64,000 bases of DNA. Origin: a virus. Lineage: Duplodnaviria > Caudoviricetes. The DNA lies in the IMG/VR virus record IMGVR_UViG_2513237354_000022, positions 1-64,000 of that record; one strand, 5' to 3'. Below are positions 18,920-28,737 of the stretch, in pieces. Made by a program: the position numbers and the translations under genes. Each line of letters starts with the position of its first letter. Positions within the stretch are counted from its first letter, which is position 1. The notes under the pieces were generated by a model, which saw nothing but the letters and a program-made list of their open reading frames with translations, had not been told where the DNA came from and searched no databases.

Positions 18920-20213
18920 CTGACGAATCCCCACAAAAATGAGACAGACATAGCAAGATGTGATCTACTGATTCTTCCACAAATTCAATGGGATCACCGC
19001 TATGCCTGCCCGTAAAGTATGTCAGAATTTTTTTCAGGATGCTCTCGGTTCTTTCCACAAGTACCGGCAGAGCGCTCTGGTTGATGCCACGGTTGCTTTA
19101 ATCAAGGGGGCATCGCTGACGCTAACGCGTATCGGACGTTTTCTACCGGGACAGGCTCAGGTAAAAAACAAAATCAAACGAGTAGATCGCCTGCTGGGGA
19201 ACGAGTCACTTCAGAAGGATATTCCGATGATTTTTAAAAGTATTATTTCAATGCTGACCAGCAAGCTATCGTTATGCGTGATAGCCGTAGACTGGAGTGG
19301 TTATCCATCTCAGGAGTATCACGTTCTCAGGGCAAGCCTGATTTGCGACGGTCGCTCAATACCCCTGCTGAGCCACATTGTGCCATCCAGCAAGCAGAAC
19401 AGCAGTGAAATCCAAAAAGGTTTTCTGAATGCGCTGGCAGAAACGATAAAGCCGGAGACAAAAGTGATTGTTATTACGGACGCAGGATTCAGAAATGCCT
19501 GGTTCAGCCACATAAAATCGCTGGGCTGGGACTTCGTGGGGCGTATTCGCGGCAATACTCAACTCCAGCTGAACAATAACGGCGAGGGCTGGCTCAGAAC
19601 CGGGGAAATCATTGCTGGCGACAGGCCGGAATATCTTGGCGAAGGAACGTTGTCACAGTCCACGCCGTGTGACGGGCATTTTTATATTCAAAAAACGAAA
19701 CCGAAGGGACGAAAACATAAGCGTGCCCGCTGTCGTATCAGACGCTCAAAACAGGTTCGTTGTGGTCGTTCAGCAGCGAAAGAGCCGTGGCTTCTTTTCG
19801 TCAGTAGTGCTGAATTTAAGCCTCGCGAGATCATGAAGCTGTACAGTCGTCGAATGCAGATAGAGCAGAATTTCCGCGATGAGAAAAGCGAACGCTTCGG
19901 GTTTGGGTTACGAGCCAGTTACAGCCGTTCCGCCGGAAGAATACAGGTGCTGAGTCTGCTGGCAACGCTGAGTACGATAGTGCTGTGGCTACTGGGGTTC
20001 CACGCTGAAAACAAAGGATTGCATCTGCGATATCAGGCCAACAGCATCAAGTCTCGCCGGGTGATCTCATACCTGACGTTAGCGAAGAATATTTTACGGC
20101 ATTCTCCGCTAATGCTCAGGCGAATATCCCTGAAGGACGTTCTTAACAATTTAACAAGGGTTTACCACAAAATGGTGCTGGTTTATTAGCGTCAATTTGT
20201 GGGGATCCCTCAG
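18920..20213 (+). mobile_element. IS4-family (IS10 group) element, 1294 bp
   Basis: Ends CTGACGAATCCCCACAAA / TTTGTGGGGATCCCTCAG; flanking direct repeat GGCCGGAGCC (18910-18919, 20214-20223). Confidence 0.93.
19002..20189 (+). CDS. IS4-family transposase
   Basis: 395 aa; IAVDWS, VITDAGF, YSRRMQIEQNFRDEK (YREK-type motif). Confidence 0.95.
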   Translation: MPARKVCQNFFQDALGSFHKYRQSALVDATVALIKGASLTLTRIGRFLPGQAQVKNKIKRVDRLLGNESLQKDIPMIFKSIISMLTSKLSLCVIAVDWSGYPSQEYHVLRASLICDGRSIPLLSHIVPSSKQNSSEIQKGFLNALAETIKPETKVIVITDAGFRNAWFSHIKSLGWDFVGRIRGNTQLQLNNNGEGWLRTGEIIAGDRPEYLGEGTLSQSTPCDGHFYIQKTKPKGRKHKRARCRIRRSKQVRCGRSAAKEPWLLFVSSAEFKPREIMKLYSRRMQIEQNFRDEKSERFGFGLRASYSRSAGRIQVLSLLATLSTIVLWLLGFHAENKGLHLRYQANSIKSRRVISYLTLAKNILRHSPLMLRRISLKDVLNNLTRVYHKMVLVY

Positions 20214-20233
20214 GGCCGGAGCCCCTTCGATGA

Positions 20234-21187
20234 TTAGCTTGACGCCTGACCGCCAACGTTGATCAGCACGCCCGCAGTCGCCTTGTTCTCCTTAAAGTGC
20301 TTCGTCCAGTTCCCTTTGGTGCCGATTTTGGTGATGTCGGGATTTGCCCCTTTCGCCGTCGCCCAGCTATAGCCCAGCAAATCGATGTTCACCACGCCTT
20401 CCGCGCGATAACCGATGGCGAGGTTCTCCTGGTCGTTAATCGGATAGGAGCGGAAACCCGGTGCCTGCGACTCCGTGATTTTTACCGCGTTGGGTACCAG
20501 ACCCAGAATGGAATCTGCCGGGCAGCGGTCGGTGACCAGCACCGGCTTACCCAGCGTGCCCGGCTGACCGCCATAGACCACCACGCCCGCCTCTTCGTAA
20601 AGCTTGTTGTCGATGGCCTGATCGACAATATCGAAGTAGGTCGCGGAGTGCATAACGAACAGCGAGACGCGGTTGAACTTATCGCCGTACTTACGCAGGC
20701 CGCGGGTCAGCGTTTTTTTGCCGTCGGTGGCGATATCGGCACTCACCTGCATGTCGTTATTGTTGCCGATGGCGGCCACCAGCGCCTTCACGGCATAGCT
20801 GATATAACCTTCAAGCGAAGCATCAGCGGCATCGGTGCCCACCACCTCAGAGAACTCGCTTACGTCACGGCCGCGGCGCTTGAAGGCTTCTTCGGTCGTG
20901 GTGTACGGGCCATACTTCCAGGGGGTTTTAACGCCGATCACTTCGCCGGCACCGATTTTCTGGCCTTCGATGGTTTTGGTGGATTCAACGTCGCGGAACT
21001 CAATCGAGCCGCCTACCTGATAAAAAGCGCGCTTTTTGAAATCACCTTCAATCAGTTCGTTATCGAGAATGATCGCACCGTTCGATGAGGCGTTAAATAC
21101 GTTGAGATTATCCTGGCGACGTTCCAGAAAGGCTGTCTGCGCCAGATCGTCGTAAATGATCATGTCGGCATTGGTTGTCGTTGACAT
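20234..21187 (-). CDS. Major capsid protein, prophage 1
   Basis: 317 aa after the scaffold; FNASSNGAI.L, GTLGKPVLVTD, ends K.TAGVLI. Confidence 0.88.
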   Translation of the reverse strand: MSTTTNADMIIYDDLAQTAFLERRQDNLNVFNASSNGAIILDNELIEGDFKKRAFYQVGGSIEFRDVESTKTIEGQKIGAGEVIGVKTPWKYGPYTTTEEAFKRRGRDVSEFSEVVGTDAADASLEGYISYAVKALVAAIGNNNDMQVSADIATDGKKTLTRGLRKYGDKFNRVSLFVMHSATYFDIVDQAIDNKLYEEAGVVVYGGQPGTLGKPVLVTDRCPADSILGLVPNAVKITESQAPGFRSYPINDQENLAIGYRAEGVVNIDLLGYSWATAKGANPDITKIGTKGNWTKHFKENKATAGVLINVGGQASS

Positions 21188-21200
21188 GGTTTTTCAGTCC

Positions 21201-21983
21201 TTAGTCTTTAGGGAGGCGCAAAAAGGCCTGCTGGCCATGTTTGCGGATATAGTCGGCTTTCTGCTGTGACGACATGACAGAACGCTTCAGAGCACCGCCC
21301 GCACCGGAACGGTGACCACCTGCCCCGGTGCCTTCGGCCTGCGGGAACAGATGGGGAGCTGTCTCTTTCAGGGATTCGGCCCACTCCAGCGGCGTAAGCG
21401 GGGTTTTGCCGTCTTTCCCCAGCACCGGATTACCCTCATCGTCCACCGCCACGGCCTCGCCGTCATCGTTCAGGGTGAAGGTGCCGCGTGCGCGCAGAAT
21501 AATGTCGTCGGCCGCACCCGGCAGCGCACCGGTTTTCAGCGCAGCGCTGCGGATGGCATCGCCCAAGACGCGATCGCTGAACTTTCTGGTAAACGCTTCG
21601 GCCTTTTCCGCACGCTCGTTGGCGGCCTGGATCTGCTTTTCCACGTCGGCGCGCAGGCGCTCGGTGCGCTTGTTCAGCACATCGTCAATTTTTCCTTCGG
21701 CAATCAGCTTTGCCTCTTCGTCGTCGGAAAAGCGCTGCAGAATGGTTTTAACGGCGTCCGGATCGATACCGTCAAAACGCGCGAGGTTATCTTTTTGCTG
21801 CTTAATGGTTCCCAACAGTTCGCTGTTTTTGGTTTTCAGGCCGGTAACGACGCTGTTTACACGCGCATCAATGATCTGTTGAATTTCCGGCGTAATTTCT
21901 GGCTCACCACCTGATGGTGCGCCGCCGTCACCGTTCTCATCAGCTGCCGCGTAATATTTCAGGAACATATTTCTGAAAAGCAT
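21201..21983 (-). CDS. Head scaffolding protein
   Basis: Acidic N-terminus, coiled coil, EWAESLKETAPHLF, C-terminal YIRKHGQQAFLRLPK. Confidence 0.85.
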   Translation of the reverse strand: MLFRNMFLKYYAAADENGDGGAPSGGEPEITPEIQQIIDARVNSVVTGLKTKNSELLGTIKQQKDNLARFDGIDPDAVKTILQRFSDDEEAKLIAEGKIDDVLNKRTERLRADVEKQIQAANERAEKAEAFTRKFSDRVLGDAIRSAALKTGALPGAADDIILRARGTFTLNDDGEAVAVDDEGNPVLGKDGKTPLTPLEWAESLKETAPHLFPQAEGTGAGGHRSGAGGALKRSVMSSQQKADYIRKHGQQAFLRLPKD

Positions 21984-22024
21984 GTTTTCCCCTCGGGAAT
22001 GGTCAGTTATCGGGCTTCGCCCAT

Positions 22025-22050
22025 AAAAAAGCCCCGGCTTAGCCAGGGCT
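22025..22050 (-). terminator. Rho-independent terminator after the head morphogenesis gene
   Basis: Minus strand AGCCCTGGC-taa-GCCGGGGC followed by T6. Confidence 0.75.
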
Positions 22051-22069
22051 GCTGTTCGTTATGAAGACG

Positions 22070-23181
22070 TCAGTCGAGACCGGCGCGCTTAAACGCTGCG
22101 GCGTCCCGCTGGCGAAGCTCGTCCAGCGTCAGCCACCGGCCGTCTTCGGTATAAAAGAAAGTTTCAGTCCGCCGCTGCGAAGCAGTCTTCCACGCATTGG
22201 TCCGAGAATGTCATCCTGCCGGCTGGCACGCTGTCGAGCTATCCAGGCCGGATAGGTGACCGGCTTCGGTACCTCACCGCTGAGCGCGTCTTTTTCATCG
22301 CCGGTGAGGTCATCAGGTAGCAGGCCCATTTCCTGCCAGCTTCTGAATATCAGCGTGTAGGTGGAGCGGCAGTGAAAGTGCAGCCGCCCCGGTCCGTCTC
22401 CCCACGGTATACCGTGTTTTATGGGCTGATTATGCAGGGTGTAGGTCAGCGCATCACGGATCCGGCAAGGCGGCGAGGTTTTATTATCCAGGGTGGACAG
22501 CCACTGTTTGGCCTTGATCAGGTGATCGTTCGCCGTCGCCGTCTGCTCCCGCACGACTTCAGCTGCATGCGCCAGCGTGCTGTAACCGATGGCGGAGGCG
22601 TTGGCCCGGCTTTTATTCAGCGCGCCGTCCTGCCAGTTACGGGCCTTTGTGCCACGCACGTTTCTGACGGTCTGATCGGGCGCGTCACCCCTGCCCTGCC
22701 CGGTGCGTACCGTATTGACGATGCGCGCGAAGCGGTCGGCCTCAAGCTTATCGGTCCACTCCTTCAGCGCATAACCGTGAAAGGGTTCAGTCACGGCCCG
22801 CAAGTAGGCCTGCCCGGCATCGATTTTTTTCAGCAGCCCGCGCTGGCTCACCACCTCCGGCAGCAGGGACTTAATCAGGTCGAAGCCGAATCCGGTCTCA
22901 TACTCCGTGAAATCTTTAAGCACCTGACCGAGCTCGCCGAAAAAGCGCGTCACCGCCTTACGGTTAATGTCCCTGACGGGAGCCAGCAGGCGGGACATTT
23001 TTTTAACGGAGAGGCTGCCTGCGGGTATATCTTCCAGCTCCACCAGCAGCCTAGCGGCCAGCTCTGCATCGTCAGCGCTGAGCGTGGCCACCAGCTTACT
23101 GACGACGCCCGCTTCATAGCGCGTCAGGTGAACCCGGTGTGCTATCTGCTCGTCACGCAGACGCTCATTTATCGTCGGCAT
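22070..23181 (-). pseudogene. Minor head/morphogenesis protein (Mu gpF / SPP1 gp7-like), C-terminal frameshift
   Basis: QWLSTLDNKTSPPC, PGRLHFHCRS. The expected tail FYTEDGRWLTLDELRQRDAAAF lies out of frame from about 22155 to TGA 22070. Confidence 0.8.
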
Positions 23182-24577
23182 AATTCAGTCCGGTAAAGGT
23201 GGGAGCCTTGTCCTTGAGAGCCTGAATAACGTCATCCAGATCGGCAGCAGGGTTGATGATGTCAAGCTTCTGGAATACCCGCACCAGATCGTCGTCGCGC
23301 ATGGCGCCTGACTGCCAGGCACTGACAATGGCCGACACCATGCCGGAATCGGCCACGCGGGCGATAAACTCTTGATTCAGCGTGTAGCTCCAGCCGCCTG
23401 ACGCATCACCGGCATAACGGGCGCACCAGTTCAGCGCCCGTGTGTAGGCCTCGGACACGTTAGCCACGCAGATGCTCAGTAAAGACGTTGCGGCACTCTG
23501 CTCACTGCTGGCCTGCGTGGTTGTTTTTACCGCTGAATTCTGCTCAATCAGCCTGGCACCCAGCGCAACCATATAGTCACGCTTGCTGTCCATCGCCTCT
23601 TTAGCCAGCATATTGGGCTGTGCCTGAGCGTAAGCGAAAGTGCCATCTTTCGGCAGCATCAGCGGATTGCGGGAGCCGACTTTAACACCTGACTTTTCCA
23701 GATGATCCCGCCATTCCGTGGTCAGGCCCGACATCCACGGCTGAACCTGCCCGCAGAACCACACGCTGTCTTCATAATCAGCGCTGTTGCGGTAGTGGCC
23801 GAGGTTGATTTCGGCCAGGGCGGCCAGCGGCGGCTCGTCCAGCGTCGGATCGTTATTCTGCGCACCAATAAAGGCAAATGGGATTTCATTCCACGGCTCA
23901 GCAGACGCAAACGCGCGCGGAATAATTTCCTCAGCAACGACATAAGGGCCGGTTTCTTCCGGGCCGGTGCGTTTCCAGATGCGGCAGACGAACGTGCCGT
24001 TTTCCAGCGCCAGCTCACGATACTGCACGCGCAGCTTAAACCCGAACCCGTCAGGCTCTTCAGTGACCTCGCGCAGCACCACCAGCACAAGGGATGTGCG
24101 CCCCTCAATAGTCTGTGTGCGCCAGTTGATGATGTCTTCAGCCCGGTAGCCCACGATAATTGGCCGGTTTTCTGCCGTGGCATAGTCCACATACAGTCCC
24201 TCGCGGCCCGCTTCAAGAATATTTTCCAGCACCACCTGCGACTGCTGATAAATGCTGGTTCCGGCCCCGTCCGCGTTATTGAGCAGGCAGGCCAGCTTAT
24301 CCGGCGCGTTAATCGTGGGCACCTTACGAAAGGCCATGCCCAGCATGCCGATTTTGGTATTGACCGAAATGGGATAGAAAACGGCGCGGTCCAGGTAATC
24401 CTCATTGCGCCGCCTGTTGCGTGCGGAAAGGTCGGTCGGATCCAGCCGGGGGAGATACGCATGCCCGGCACTCTTGACCGCATCGGCCCCGCGACAGACT
24501 TCACGGATCATTTTCCACAGGGGCATCGCCGCCCTGTGCTCGGGGCGGACAAACGTAATGTCGTAGTTTTCGCTCAT
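23165..24577 (-). CDS. Portal protein (DUF4055-like)
   Basis: 470 aa after terL; YLPRL, YL.RA.FY, PPL..LA.INLGHYRNSADYE. Confidence 0.9.
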   Translation of the reverse strand: MSENYDITFVRPEHRAAMPLWKMIREVCRGADAVKSAGHAYLPRLDPTDLSARNRRRNEDYLDRAVFYPISVNTKIGMLGMAFRKVPTINAPDKLACLLNNADGAGTSIYQQSQVVLENILEAGREGLYVDYATAENRPIIVGYRAEDIINWRTQTIEGRTSLVLVVLREVTEEPDGFGFKLRVQYRELALENGTFVCRIWKRTGPEETGPYVVAEEIIPRAFASAEPWNEIPFAFIGAQNNDPTLDEPPLAALAEINLGHYRNSADYEDSVWFCGQVQPWMSGLTTEWRDHLEKSGVKVGSRNPLMLPKDGTFAYAQAQPNMLAKEAMDSKRDYMVALGARLIEQNSAVKTTTQASSEQSAATSLLSICVANVSEAYTRALNWCARYAGDASGGWSYTLNQEFIARVADSGMVSAIVSAWQSGAMRDDDLVRVFQKLDIINPAADLDDVIQALKDKAPTFTGLNYADDK

Positions 24578-25887
24578 CAGAAAGTCGTATCCAGAGAGAT
24601 GGAGAAGGCAGGTTTCACGATGGGGAACTGCTTCACAATGTAATAACCACCAGCGTCGTTGGGATGATCGTTGCCGGATTTTTTATCCGGCTCACCGTTA
24701 TCACCCCATACCTGCTGTTCCAGCGACTCGGTGTAAACCGGGCAACGTTTCACGTTAACCTTATAGCGACGTTCGCCATTGCCGTTGCAGAGCATGGCGT
24801 TCATGGCATTAATGCGATCCTTAACCGGCGGGTTAGCCTCATCAACAATGACATGAAAACCTGCCTGTCTGAGCTGGGCGATATCAGTGGTGCTGGCGTT
24901 ACTCGATTTCCGCGAGTCGCCTGATGCATCCGGGTAAATATAGATTTCACGCACCTTACGATAATCGTCGCCATCACAGAGCCAGAAACGCTCTTTAATT
25001 ATGCGGATCATATCCGGTGTATCGTAAGCATTGATGATTTCACTCACTGCGCGCGGCAGACCCAAGCGAAGTACGTGGACGATACCTGCCATTTTCCCCA
25101 CGTTGAAATCCATACCAATATAAAGTGGTTCGCCCGGCTGCTCTTCTTCTTCGCAGTTATTCAGTCTGCGATCAAACTGATGATAAATCGTGCCGCTGGT
25201 CAGGTTGGTGAAAAGCCCGCGCAGATACGCCTTAATCAGCTCAGACGGGTACGATTCCATCAGCGAGGGGATATAGTCCGGAGGGAGGTTTTTCTCGTTA
25301 TCAAACGTCGAAGCCTGCACCAGCCCGTACAGGGTTGTCAGCGAGGGCTTGTTGCGTACAGCTTTTACAAATTGCTGATAAACGAATTTAAATCCTTCGG
25401 GTGTGGTCGTAACGTCAATGCCGTTCCGCAGGCCTGGTACTTTATAACGCATGCGGGCAATGATTTTTCGCCAGGCTAATTCCGCTTTTTTCGCGGGCAT
25501 AACATCCAGCTCATCAATAAGCGCATTACCGATTTTGAAACCCACGATCGTCTGTGGTTTTTCCATCGATCGGCAAATCGTCGTGCCGCGGTACTGCCTG
25601 CCGACGTAGAAGTGCACCTCTTTATTACTTTCATTGATTTCAACGCGCATTCCCCAGTCAAAGGCAACCTCCTCAACCGTCGGATAAAAAATGTCGCGGA
25701 TCTGTGGATAAGTGGGTGCAAAATATCCCTGATTGATGCGGGGGTGCTCCCACATTTCTTTACAGATACCACCACATCCCACCCACGTTTTACCGGAGCC
25801 AAATCCGGCAACGTATGCCCTGAACTTGTGAGGCATGGCAAGAAATCGCGCCTGAGGAATATTAAGTGTCGGTGAGATCCCCATCAT
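24577..25887 (-). CDS. Terminase large subunit, prophage 1
   Basis: Walker A AGFGSGKT, Walker B ALIDE, TTTPEG coupling motif, GMDFNV and DH.ND nuclease motifs. Confidence 0.95.
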   Translation of the reverse strand: MMGISPTLNIPQARFLAMPHKFRAYVAGFGSGKTWVGCGGICKEMWEHPRINQGYFAPTYPQIRDIFYPTVEEVAFDWGMRVEINESNKEVHFYVGRQYRGTTICRSMEKPQTIVGFKIGNALIDELDVMPAKKAELAWRKIIARMRYKVPGLRNGIDVTTTPEGFKFVYQQFVKAVRNKPSLTTLYGLVQASTFDNEKNLPPDYIPSLMESYPSELIKAYLRGLFTNLTSGTIYHQFDRRLNNCEEEEQPGEPLYIGMDFNVGKMAGIVHVLRLGLPRAVSEIINAYDTPDMIRIIKERFWLCDGDDYRKVREIYIYPDASGDSRKSSNASTTDIAQLRQAGFHVIVDEANPPVKDRINAMNAMLCNGNGERRYKVNVKRCPVYTESLEQQVWGDNGEPDKKSGNDHPNDAGGYYIVKQFPIVKPAFSISLDTTF

Positions 25888-27103
25888 CGTCATTCCTTAC
25901 GCGGGCATCCACGACGTTAATATTAATGGCCACTGGTACCGGCTCGCTGTCCTCCGGTTCTGAAGACATTTCCCTGCGCAGTTTTTCAACTTCAAGCTGA
26001 CGCCGCTCTATTTCAATCTGCTGCAGGCGCTGAGCATATTCGCTCTCAGCTAAATAACTGATCCTAATACCGCTACACTTTAGCCAGCCCATGTTTCCCC
26101 CGGGGAATGGGCTGACGGTATTCATAAAGTGATGGACCTTTTTCAACAGTTGCCACATTGAACTGCACTGGTGATTTCGGGTTATTGTCTCATGAAGCGC
26201 CTGCCACAACCGTTCGACATGATTGACCCACGGCGAGTAAATCGGCTGGTAAATGACCCTGAACTTTGGGTTTGCTTTCAGCCAGCGCAACGTTTCACGG
26301 CTTTTGTGGATGATGTAGTTATCTACAATGAGCGTAATCGTTTTTGCACGCCGGTATGTCGCCTTCAGATGTTTTAACAGTCTGATAAATAAGGATGAAC
26401 CTTTACTGTTTCCACCAACGTAGCTGACTTTTCCCGTACCGCTGTGCAGCGCACCGGCAAGATAGTACTTTTCATTCTGGCCCGGAGTGACAACTCGTTT
26501 TTGCTGCCCGCGTAACTGCCAGTCAGCACCGATTTTCGGGTTGAGATGAATATCCACTTCATCTTCGTAAAACACGGGGTTTTCCGCACTACATTTCGCC
26601 AGTGCTTCATGGATAGCGACCATTTTTTCTTCTTTGTGTGGGTCACGGATACGCAGTGTCGGCGCGGCTCTCCGCCATACCAGGCCGGCAGCAGGTAACC
26701 ATCGCCGGATGGTTGAAGCATGTAGCGGACAACCGGTGATATCACGGATTTTTATCGCCAGAAGTTCGGTGCTCCAGCGGGAACGCTGATAACCAAAATC
26801 GCCGGGAGAATGCTTAACAAGCTCACGCAGCAATGCGCAAATATGTTCGAACGGCCAGCGCCTCCCGCGTCCTGACGGTAATGACTTCAGGCCTTCAGCA
26901 CCAGACAGAGTGAACCAGTTAATCCAGCGACCAATCGATGAGCGGGCACAGCAGAGTGTTCTGGCAACATGACTGACGGTGTCACCACGATGCAGCATCA
27001 GCATGGCGGTGAGCCGCCGGGCGTGGTTTTTGTCCTTTGTTTTATGGATAGTTTTCTGCATCAGGCGTCGTTCGGTTCTGGGTATTGGTGCTATGATCGA
27101 CAT
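25862..27103 (-). CDS. IS630 transposase ORF fused in frame to the TerS C-terminus
   Basis: 413 aa; ...CSGIRISYL joins AESEYAQRLQQIEIERRQLEVEKLRRE...DLTDT. Confidence 0.8.
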   Translation of the reverse strand: MSIIAPIPRTERRLMQKTIHKTKDKNHARRLTAMLMLHRGDTVSHVARTLCCARSSIGRWINWFTLSGAEGLKSLPSGRGRRWPFEHICALLRELVKHSPGDFGYQRSRWSTELLAIKIRDITGCPLHASTIRRWLPAAGLVWRRAAPTLRIRDPHKEEKMVAIHEALAKCSAENPVFYEDEVDIHLNPKIGADWQLRGQQKRVVTPGQNEKYYLAGALHSGTGKVSYVGGNSKGSSLFIRLLKHLKATYRRAKTITLIVDNYIIHKSRETLRWLKANPKFRVIYQPIYSPWVNHVERLWQALHETITRNHQCSSMWQLLKKVHHFMNTVSPFPGGNMGWLKCSGIRISYLAESEYAQRLQQIEIERRQLEVEKLRREMSSEPEDSEPVPVAININVVDARVRNDDDGDLTDT

Positions 27104-27203
27104 TGCTCAGTCCGGCTGGTGATTTGGGATATTCAGCGATTGATCAGATCGCATAAACCGGACTGAGTTCCCTCTAAGTGATCTACTATTCCGAGCAGTT
27201 ATT
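26053..27203 (-). mobile_element. IS630-family element, copy 2 (1151 bp)
   Basis: Same ends as copy 1; TA duplication 26051-26052 / 27204-27205. Removing it restores CTC GGG CTA GCT GAG of terS. One SNP seen versus copy 1 (3093). Confidence 0.96.
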
Positions 27204-28086
27204 TAGCCCGAGACGCTTCATAACTGCCTCAAACATCCGCTCTCTGTTGATTGTGGATATTTCCACACCGCCCTTGGTAATTTTCGTACCGGCATAAGCA
27301 AGTAGCCCAACTGAAGACAGCTTTGTTGAGTCCTGCATGACTGCGCGGCCTATACCTTCACCGTTGCACCGTGGACATTCAGGATTAGGATCGTGCGTGT
27401 GGTCGTAGCCGTACCCACCTGCATCCCGAGGCTCTTTTCGTTTCCGCTCAAGTGCCTCATAGCACTTCTCTTCAAACTCAACGGCATCACGCACTGGTAC
27501 TGATGGCCAAAGCCCCAACAGTACCGACATGCGCCACGACGATATTGCGAGATTTCGTTGGCATCGAAGGTGGCAAGCTGCCAGGCCTTTTCCAGCACCT
27601 CATCAGCCGACCCAAGCGTGCGCATAATTGAGGCTTTTTGCTGCTGCGCAATTGACTGCGCAACTGAAGTTTTCTGAAGCAACTGATAGCCAATTTGTTC
27701 TGCGCTTTTTTTACTGTAGCCAGCGCGTAAAGCAGCCTGCGTGGCATTGCTATCTTTGAGATATTCCGCAACGAAAAGGCGTTGCTGGTCAGTAAGTCCA
27801 TTACCATGGATAAGCTTTTCTGCGCATTTATCTGTATGCGCAGTGCGCAGTCTTTTCTGCGCATTTTTTTGCGTACTTTGCGCAGATGGCTTTTTTACGT
27901 AGCGACGCGCTGATACATAATTAAGCCCCTGCGCCTCACACCAGTCTTTCGGGGAGATACCGGTTTTTGCATGTGCGGACAGGAACCGTTGCTGAAGTTC
28001 GCCCCAGTCCGGTTTTGCCATTGATTAACTCTCCGTTGAAGAAGGGTAATTCAGAATGCCTGCACTTTTTTTTAAGGGCACCTGCC

Positions 28087-28260
28087 ATGTTTAAAGTTCT
28101 GATAATCAGCTGCTGCCTGCTTATCGCAGGTTGCAGTGCGCTTTCTCATCAACGGAACGATCATACTGAGTATGAAAACTCCCCGCCTGAATGTACTTCT
28201 CATGGCGATGAGCTGGACTGCTGCTGGGAGGTTCCTGACAACCTGCCCCCGGTCAATTAA
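28087..28260 (+). CDS. Small Cys-rich lipoprotein (moron, antisense to the late operon)
   Basis: MFKVLIISCCLLIAGC lipobox; 57 aa. Confidence 0.7.
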   Translation: MFKVLIISCCLLIAGCSALSHQRNDHTEYENSPPECTSHGDELDCCWEVPDNLPPVN

Positions 28261-28371
28261 TCTGTGACGCACTGTGCGTTTAATTAATAACCAGTACAGA
28301 GCAACGCCCCGCGCCGGAAATTACACCGCCGGGGAAATATTAAAAATCGCAGGATCTGCTCATCGTTCCTG

Positions 28372-28671
28372 TCAGGAATAACCAAGGAAACTGCTGCAGA
28401 TATGCTGATACTCCGCGGGGCGGACGGTCACTGTACGGCCAGAGCGGTGAACAGCAGTGTAGGTGTAATAAGACGTGCCGTTATAAAACTTTGAAAGGGT
28501 CCAGCCGTTATCGGCGGCAATCTGATCAATCTCTGTAACATAGTGAGTACAAATACAGGCTAAAATACTGGTCCAAGGAGTGGGTCTTCGTGCAATGATC
28601 TCAATGAGGTGTGTGTAAGCCGCATAACGTATCAGCCATAATTTTTCCTTAGGCCCCTTCTTCGATATCAT
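28372..28671 (-). CDS. Hypothetical protein
   Basis: 99-aa ORF with AGGGA RBS; no recognised motif. Confidence 0.45.
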   Translation of the reverse strand: MISKKGPKEKLWLIRYAAYTHLIEIIARRPTPWTSILACICTHYVTEIDQIAADNGWTLSKFYNGTSYYTYTAVHRSGRTVTVRPAEYQHICSSFLGYS

Positions 28672-28737
28672 GACATTTCCCTGGAAAGATGATAATTGCT
28701 CAACAGTATAGTTAACATGCGGAACTACACAATAAGT

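Larger units (their letters stand above)
25862..28021 (-). pseudogene. Terminase small subunit, split by IS630 and frameshifted
   Basis: MAKPDW...LTDQQRLFVAEYLKDSNATQAALRAGYS. HQYQ/(W)RDAVEF has one base missing near 27492. MKRLGL and AESEYAQRL are separated by IS630. Confidence 0.92.

Noticed and set aside
18414-19058. 214-aa ORF-track protein as an IS-connector fusion
   Set aside because: The first ~57 codons are antisense IS4 and terminator sequence; a proper RBS and start exist at 18887.
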